A stretch of 64,000 nt of DNA, from positions 1-64,000 of the IMG/VR virus record IMGVR_UViG_3300013286_000010; one strand, written 5' to 3'. The notes beneath the pieces were generated by a model. That model saw only the letters and a program-made list of their open reading frames with translations. It made no database searches and was not told the DNA's origin. A program made the translations under genes and the position numbers. This stretch comes from a virus. Below are positions 59,204 through 64,000 of the stretch, one piece after another. Position 1 is the first letter of the stretch. Each line of letters opens with the position of its first letter.

Positions 59204-59560
59204 CTGGCGGGCCGGTTTGTAATACCGCTGTGGAAAAACCGGGGAATAACCGGACACGTGACATATTGAGACACTCCCCTAGGTAGATCCTAGTATCCTG
59301 AAAAATTGGAAGTGAGTATGAGAGCGCGAACCCTAATGCTCGACGTATTGATATAGTATGAATGTTAGCATACGAAAAACCGTGCTATAAACACTTAGAC
59401 ATTAGGAACGAGGTCTAAGACGCATTATGCGAGTCGATGTAGGTTGGGAAAGATCAGAGCCCATTAGCAACACGGTAAAACACCTATTTCCAATGTCTCG
59501 GCTGTGACAACTCACATGAAGACAAAAAGATGGAACCGTGCAAAACGGTTCCGTCTGACT
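59204..59560 (+). ncRNA. candidate large structured non-coding RNA
   Basis: ORF-free, more than 10 complementary segment pairs including long-range and crossing ones (see findings); strand inferred from G-U pairs. Confidence 0.55.
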
Positions 59561-59678
59561 AAAACAATCTACATGAATTTAAAAACACTTCGTGTATATC
59601 ATAATAAGTAAAAACAAACAACTGCTATGAGCGATTAGCGAAAGAGCAAGTGAACGTAGTTCACTTTAATAGATTGAC

Positions 59679-59686
59679 TATAAATA
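59679..59686 (+). promoter_or_regulatory. T4-type late promoter TATAAATA
   Basis: Perfect consensus upstream of ORF 59716. Confidence 0.7.
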
Positions 59687-59715
59687 AAAGATCGTAATCC
59701 CCAAAGGAATAATAT

Positions 59716-60315
59716 ATGAAGATTGAACAGTTAATTAAAGCAGTAAATGAATCCGCAAGTAATGAGGATTTTAATGCAATGTCTCAAAAAGCTAATGCTA
59801 TCAAACAGCAACAGGGTGTTACAAAACCAACAGGTACGGTTCTTCCTTTTCCTAAAACTACCACAGCTACTCCTGGTCCTGCGGGAACTACAGGTCCAAG
59901 TGCTTTAGATAAATTTAAGCAGGGAGCTAGCGCAGTTGGTTCTGCTATTAAAACAGGTGCCCAAGCTGTAGCTAAAAACGCTCCAGCAGTTGGTCAAGGG
60001 GTTAGCAATGTTGCCCAAGGGTTAGGCACAGCAGGTACAGGTATTGTTAAAGGTGCTGGAGATATTGCCAGTCAAGCAGTTGGTGGCGCAACACAAGCAG
60101 TCGGTGCCGGTCTAGGTGGTATTGTTCATGGATACAAAGCTGCTCGTGGTGGACAACAATTTGGCGGAGGTGGTACTGCTGGAACTCCTAGTTCGGCAGG
60201 TGCTCCAAGTACACCTAGTTCTGCAGGTGCCGCAGCAGGCGGTAATGACGAGATGGATCAGTTAAGATCTACACTACAGACAATGGATCAAAGACTACGC
60301 AGGGCAGGTATTTAA
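59716..60315 (+). CDS. Gly/Ala-rich protein with putative capsid-targeting leader
   Basis: MKIEQLIKAVNE; 11-mer amphipathic G/A repeats; late promoter. Confidence 0.7.
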   Translation: MKIEQLIKAVNESASNEDFNAMSQKANAIKQQQGVTKPTGTVLPFPKTTTATPGPAGTTGPSALDKFKQGASAVGSAIKTGAQAVAKNAPAVGQGVSNVAQGLGTAGTGIVKGAGDIASQAVGGATQAVGAGLGGIVHGYKAARGGQQFGGGGTAGTPSSAGAPSTPSSAGAAAGGNDEMDQLRSTLQTMDQRLRRAGI

Positions 60316-60539
60316 AAGAAAGGAAGCTGACTTTCTTTTGTAGTTTCGAGATTTTCTTTAACAATCTCACTTATTATTTCTCTCTCACCTACATCTAGCA
60401 TATATGCTTGCTCAAAGTTTAATGAGCCACGCATGAACCACGCTAGTTTATAAAGTTCTTTCTTTAAGGCTTTTGACTCTTTATCTAATTTTTCGACTTC
60501 TCTATGGATTTCTTCCATAGACATAGTCAAAAGCCTCAT
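60312..60539 (-). CDS. small baseplate/tail assembly protein (possible -1 frameshift extension of upstream gene)
   Basis: ATGA overlap with upstream stop; W.MRG.....A..L...ER pattern. Confidence 0.65.
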   Translation of the reverse strand: MRLLTMSMEEIHREVEKLDKESKALKKELYKLAWFMRGSLNFEQAYMLDVGEREIISEIVKENLETTKESQLPFF

Positions 60540-61405
60540 GCGAAAAAATCAGAATCGTTAAAGTTAATGGGAACTGTGTAAGTAGCAGGTGCACCTAGAG
60601 CCTGCTGTTCTTCGGTAGTGGCAAACTCGAGTGGCTTCAATTCGTTATTTTTCTTTAGCTCATTAAGATGATTCTGTACTGTTTCAAAAATACTCTTATC
60701 AGCATTAGAAACGAACTCTGAAATATAACGCTTTTCAGTTACTTCACCGTCTGCCGTAATGATCTTATATACACTTTCAGATAATAAATCAACTGTAACT
60801 TTGGTCAAGTTATTGAAGCTGTTATTGAACATTTCTAATTTCTTTTCATCGGAAATGCTTTCGTCGTTAACCATATTGAGAATTCTGGTTGTTTCAAAAC
60901 TCTTAATGTTGGTCTGCGTCATATGACGATAGGTCAACGGCTTAACACATATAATAAAATCTGGACTGATTGCAACTTGATCAATCCAATAGTTACTTTG
61001 TTGCTGATCTAACAACATTCTTAAATCAATTTCGTATTCAACATCTTCTGTTGTGTTGGGAATTTTATGCGTAAACGGCATCTTTGCACCGTAGGTTGCT
61101 AGACGGATAGCAATCAATATAGTATCTAAATCTAGTGTAGGAGTTAACCAAGCATCTTTAATATTGGGCATACAACTTTGAATAACATCCACAACTGCCT
61201 GACCGTTCATTAATGCATCGGGTGTTTTAAACAACAGCTCATCTCGAGCCGTCATGGAGAAAACAGGAAACTCACAGTTCTCGGGGATAACAATACTGCC
61301 TTTGGGCCAAAACTCTCCTCCGCTAGGCAGTTTGATATAGATCTTTGGCTGGCGCATATAATTGGCCAGTGGATTGATTCTTGGTTGGAACGTTGGGGTT
61401 TGCAT
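60536..61405 (-). CDS. baseplate hub assembly protein (T4 gp26-like)
   Basis: YI.LPS.G, MTA.DE, D.D.ILIAIR.ATYG, C-terminal DFF. Confidence 0.7.
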   Translation of the reverse strand: MQTPTFQPRINPLANYMRQPKIYIKLPSGGEFWPKGSIVIPENCEFPVFSMTARDELLFKTPDALMNGQAVVDVIQSCMPNIKDAWLTPTLDLDTILIAIRLATYGAKMPFTHKIPNTTEDVEYEIDLRMLLDQQQSNYWIDQVAISPDFIICVKPLTYRHMTQTNIKSFETTRILNMVNDESISDEKKLEMFNNSFNNLTKVTVDLLSESVYKIITADGEVTEKRYISEFVSNADKSIFETVQNHLNELKKNNELKPLEFATTEEQQALGAPATYTVPINFNDSDFFA

Positions 61406-61418
61406 TTTTTATCTCCGA

Positions 61419-61453
61419 TAAATAAACTATATATGGATATTCTCTTTTATTTA
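61419..61453. promoter_or_regulatory. pair of oppositely oriented late promoters
   Basis: TAAATA 61419-61424 (+) and TATTTA 61448-61453 (-) between divergent genes. Confidence 0.55.
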
Positions 61454-61482
61454 TCTATACACTTAATGATGGTTTTTAATCT

Positions 61483-63762
61483 ATGAACGGCGCAACCGAA
61501 GCAACACAAGCAGAACTATTAGCTACTGCCCAAGCCATGAATGTCAATCTAATTAAACTTCAAGGTTTGTTGGGTGGTGCAAGAGGCGCTGGCGGATCCG
61601 GGGGTGGTGTTGCAGGATTAGCGGCCGCAGCAGGGCCCGCTGGGTTAGCAATGAAAGCATTAAGTGGTGCTAGCAGTGTAGTATCTGGATTATTTTCAGC
61701 TATGGGCAATATCATAGGAAAAGTTATTGGCGGGTTGGCCAACACTGCAAGTAATCTTTTTAACTTTGCCAAAGCTGCTGCAAACGGCACAGCTAAATTA
61801 AGCGATTTTTATGATGCCTTTAAAGACTTACCATTCTTTGTAGGCGAAGTTGCAAGTATATTTGCTAGTATTGTTCGATACTCTGAAGGGTTATTAGCGT
61901 CATACAGAGACATGACCAAAGCAGGTGCAAGTTTCAGTGGCGACTTATTTGTTATGGCGCAAATGGCAACTAGGGGTTATTTGTCTCTACAAGAATTTAG
62001 CAAAATAGTTCGTGCAAATTCTGAAATATTCAGCACCCTAGGCGGCAATGTTGAATCGGGCATGGGTAAGTTTGTAGATGTGCAAAACAAGCTAATGGGT
62101 CCGGGTAGTGCATATTCTAAAAGTATTTTAGGATTAGGTTTTACTGCTGAAGAAACTGCCGATGTATTAGCATCTGTAATGAATTTACAAGGCAACTTGA
62201 ACAAGAAAGAACTTGCAAACAATGATAAAGTTGCTGCCAGTGTCAATAATGTTATTAACGAAATGGACCTGTATGCAAAACTAACAGGCAAGACTAGAGA
62301 AGATCAAGAAAAAGCATTAAAGAAAGCATCGTTTGATAATGCATGGAAAACATTTACACAAGGATTAAATCCAGATCAAGCTGCATCAGCAACATTGGCT
62401 GTAGACAGAGCACTGCAAGAAGGTGGAGAAGGTGCCTCTGATAATTTAAGACAAATGTTTATGACTGGTGGAGCAATTTCTACACCTATAACTGATGCAG
62501 CAAAAGCATTTTATGTGCAGACTCAAGGTGCAGGTGATGAGTATACTCGTGCATTGTTTGATTCTGTAATGAATATGAAAGCAGGTAGTAAAGAGCAGGC
62601 AGTTGCACAGGCAAAGGCAAGAACTCTCATTGCTGATCAATACAACGATTACATATCTAAATTTGGACCAATGGGTGGTTTGTTAAGTGTAATGGGCAAC
62701 AAATTTGTTAACAATGCAAACTTAATGGGCAACGCATTAAAGAACGGCGGACTTTCCGCTGATCAGAATGCAAAAAGAGTTGACGATGCATCGAAACAAC
62801 AGGCTAAACAAGCAACAGGGACTGCGGCAGCATTAGGAGAAGCTGGATTGAATATTAAAAACTTTGGTATCATGATAATGGGTTTAGTTAACACTATTAT
62901 TGGACCTATTGCTGGAGAATTAATTAACGTTGGACAAGAGATAACAACTGCACTATTGCCAGTGATGAAATCAGTTGCAGCGTGGTTCAAGACAGCAGTT
63001 ACTGATTTAAGAGGGGCGTTTGACACAGGCGGATTCTCTGGTCTAATGAAGAAGTTTGGTGAAAAAATTACTGAAGGAGCAGGAAATGTGTGGACATTTA
63101 TAAAACCAATTTGGTTAGAGCACATACAACCTGCATTGGAAAGTGCGTTTAAATCAATAATGGATTTCTTACAACCATATTTTAAATCTGCAATGGATCA
63201 AGTATCCGATATGCTTAATGCTTGGGTATATACCTTGCCAGGCGGTAACAAAGTGTTCAATGCAGAGGATCCTGAACAACGGGCTAAACGACGACAATAT
63301 GAACAGGCGCTTGCCGAAGATGATGCAAAAATTAAATCTTTAAAAGATCAAATAGAAGCTAATAGATCTGCTATGGGGGCCGACCGTCGATTAGATGTCA
63401 ATCCTGAATATAAAAGAACAATCTCTAGATTACAAGAGTTACTGGAAGGTGCAGAATTTAAAAGAAGAGCAGATGCAGAAATGGCTAGACCTGGAAAACG
63501 ACATTCCGGAACAATTGGAATGACTGGAAATTGGTGGGAGAAAGCTGATACAACGGTTAATATACAGCAAGGTGAATCAGTAGTTACACAGTCCCAAATG
63601 GATCAAATTGTTAATACAGCAAGTCAGAACGGTGTTGCACAGGCGCTACAACAGTTAAATAGCTTAACTGCACAATTGTTAAGGCAAGCAAAGGATACTG
63701 CCGAAAATACTAGATTGACTCACGAAGCAACTAGAAGATTAGATGGTAATTTATTTGCATAA
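61483..63762 (+). CDS. tape-measure-like protein
   Basis: Long Ala/Gly-rich helical protein with hydrophobic segments and W/F-spaced repeats; adjacent to gp26-like gene. Confidence 0.6.
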   Translation: MNGATEATQAELLATAQAMNVNLIKLQGLLGGARGAGGSGGGVAGLAAAAGPAGLAMKALSGASSVVSGLFSAMGNIIGKVIGGLANTASNLFNFAKAAANGTAKLSDFYDAFKDLPFFVGEVASIFASIVRYSEGLLASYRDMTKAGASFSGDLFVMAQMATRGYLSLQEFSKIVRANSEIFSTLGGNVESGMGKFVDVQNKLMGPGSAYSKSILGLGFTAEETADVLASVMNLQGNLNKKELANNDKVAASVNNVINEMDLYAKLTGKTREDQEKALKKASFDNAWKTFTQGLNPDQAASATLAVDRALQEGGEGASDNLRQMFMTGGAISTPITDAAKAFYVQTQGAGDEYTRALFDSVMNMKAGSKEQAVAQAKARTLIADQYNDYISKFGPMGGLLSVMGNKFVNNANLMGNALKNGGLSADQNAKRVDDASKQQAKQATGTAAALGEAGLNIKNFGIMIMGLVNTIIGPIAGELINVGQEITTALLPVMKSVAAWFKTAVTDLRGAFDTGGFSGLMKKFGEKITEGAGNVWTFIKPIWLEHIQPALESAFKSIMDFLQPYFKSAMDQVSDMLNAWVYTLPGGNKVFNAEDPEQRAKRRQYEQALAEDDAKIKSLKDQIEANRSAMGADRRLDVNPEYKRTISRLQELLEGAEFKRRADAEMARPGKRHSGTIGMTGNWWEKADTTVNIQQGESVVTQSQMDQIVNTASQNGVAQALQQLNSLTAQLLRQAKDTAENTRLTHEATRRLDGNLFA

Positions 63763-63777
63763 GATAAGAGATAATAT

Positions 63778-64000
63778 ATGGCAACTTGGAAAAAATACTT
63801 CACCCCCGTTAATACATCAGGTAAACTGAGCCCAGTTAGCGGCAGCATGGGAGGCGGTGGTAGCAATCCTAGCAGAACAAACTATTCTAGCTATTTGCCC
63901 GATGTATATGCTGGTCATCCAAACCGGTTAGAGCGTTACGGTCAATATGATACAATGGATACAGACAGTGAAGTTAACGCCGCCCTTGATATCCTAGCAG
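63778..64000 (+). CDS. portal protein (T4 gp20-like), N-terminal part truncated by window
   Basis: MATWKKYF...R.ERY.QYDTMD.DSEVNAALDILA, resembling the gp20 Y..M....EV..A motif. Confidence 0.7.
   Translation, partial: MATWKKYFTPVNTSGKLSPVSGSMGGGGSNPSRTNYSSYLPDVYAGHPNRLERYGQYDTMDTDSEVNAALDILA

Noticed and set aside
59204-59560. tRNA cluster, group I/II intron, tmRNA or RNase P
   Set aside because: No TTCGA T-loop cloverleaf, no interrupted gene, and no recognisable catalytic-core consensus by eye; the 59528-59556 stem lacks the group II domain V bulge
139-63125. Numerous short antisense or alternate-frame ORFs in the track (e.g. 139-540, 4844-5182, 28535-28939, 62763-63125)
   Set aside because: Fully overlap well-supported genes, lack SD or motifs; shadow ORFs
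1-64000. Stop-codon reassignment as in some large phages
   Set aside because: Standard code yields full-length genes with tight coupling and near-complete coding density

Overview
A 64-kb segment of a large T4-like (contractile-tailed, probably jumbo) dsDNA phage genome in the standard genetic code. From left to right: (i) 1-8.3 kb, late accessory genes (two Pol-beta-fold nucleotidyltransferases, an HxGH nucleotidyltransferase, Dps, a deaminase, SOD, an HNH nuclease and a 703-aa string of micro-domains). Many of these carry an N-terminal M-[KR]-x-x-[DE]-[LF]-x-x-E leader and internal E-ending linkers resembling T4 capsid-targeting and prohead-protease sites. (ii) 8.3-27 kb, replication and DNA-modification genes under sigma70-type promoters: DsbA-like protein, family B polymerase, clamp, DpdA/TGT-like, DpdL/QueD-like, glycosyltransferase, cupin, MazG, radical SAM, QueE, RNase H, MoxR-vWA pair, thymidylate synthase. 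(iii) 27-54 kb, a minus-strand tail/baseplate operon including a 4297-aa protein and gp6, gp25, gp5 and gp53-like genes. (iv) 54-64 kb, gp55-like sigma, gp47/gp46, Hc1-like protein, GIY-YIG nuclease, a densely base-paired ~360-nt non-coding region, gp26-like gene, tape-measure-like gene and the start of the portal. The best candidates for undescribed biology are a protease-processed, cassette-like head-cargo polyprotein system, two candidate structured ncRNAs, and a 7-deazaguanine pathway with an embedded glycosyltransferase. All assignments are by eye from motifs; no searches were run.
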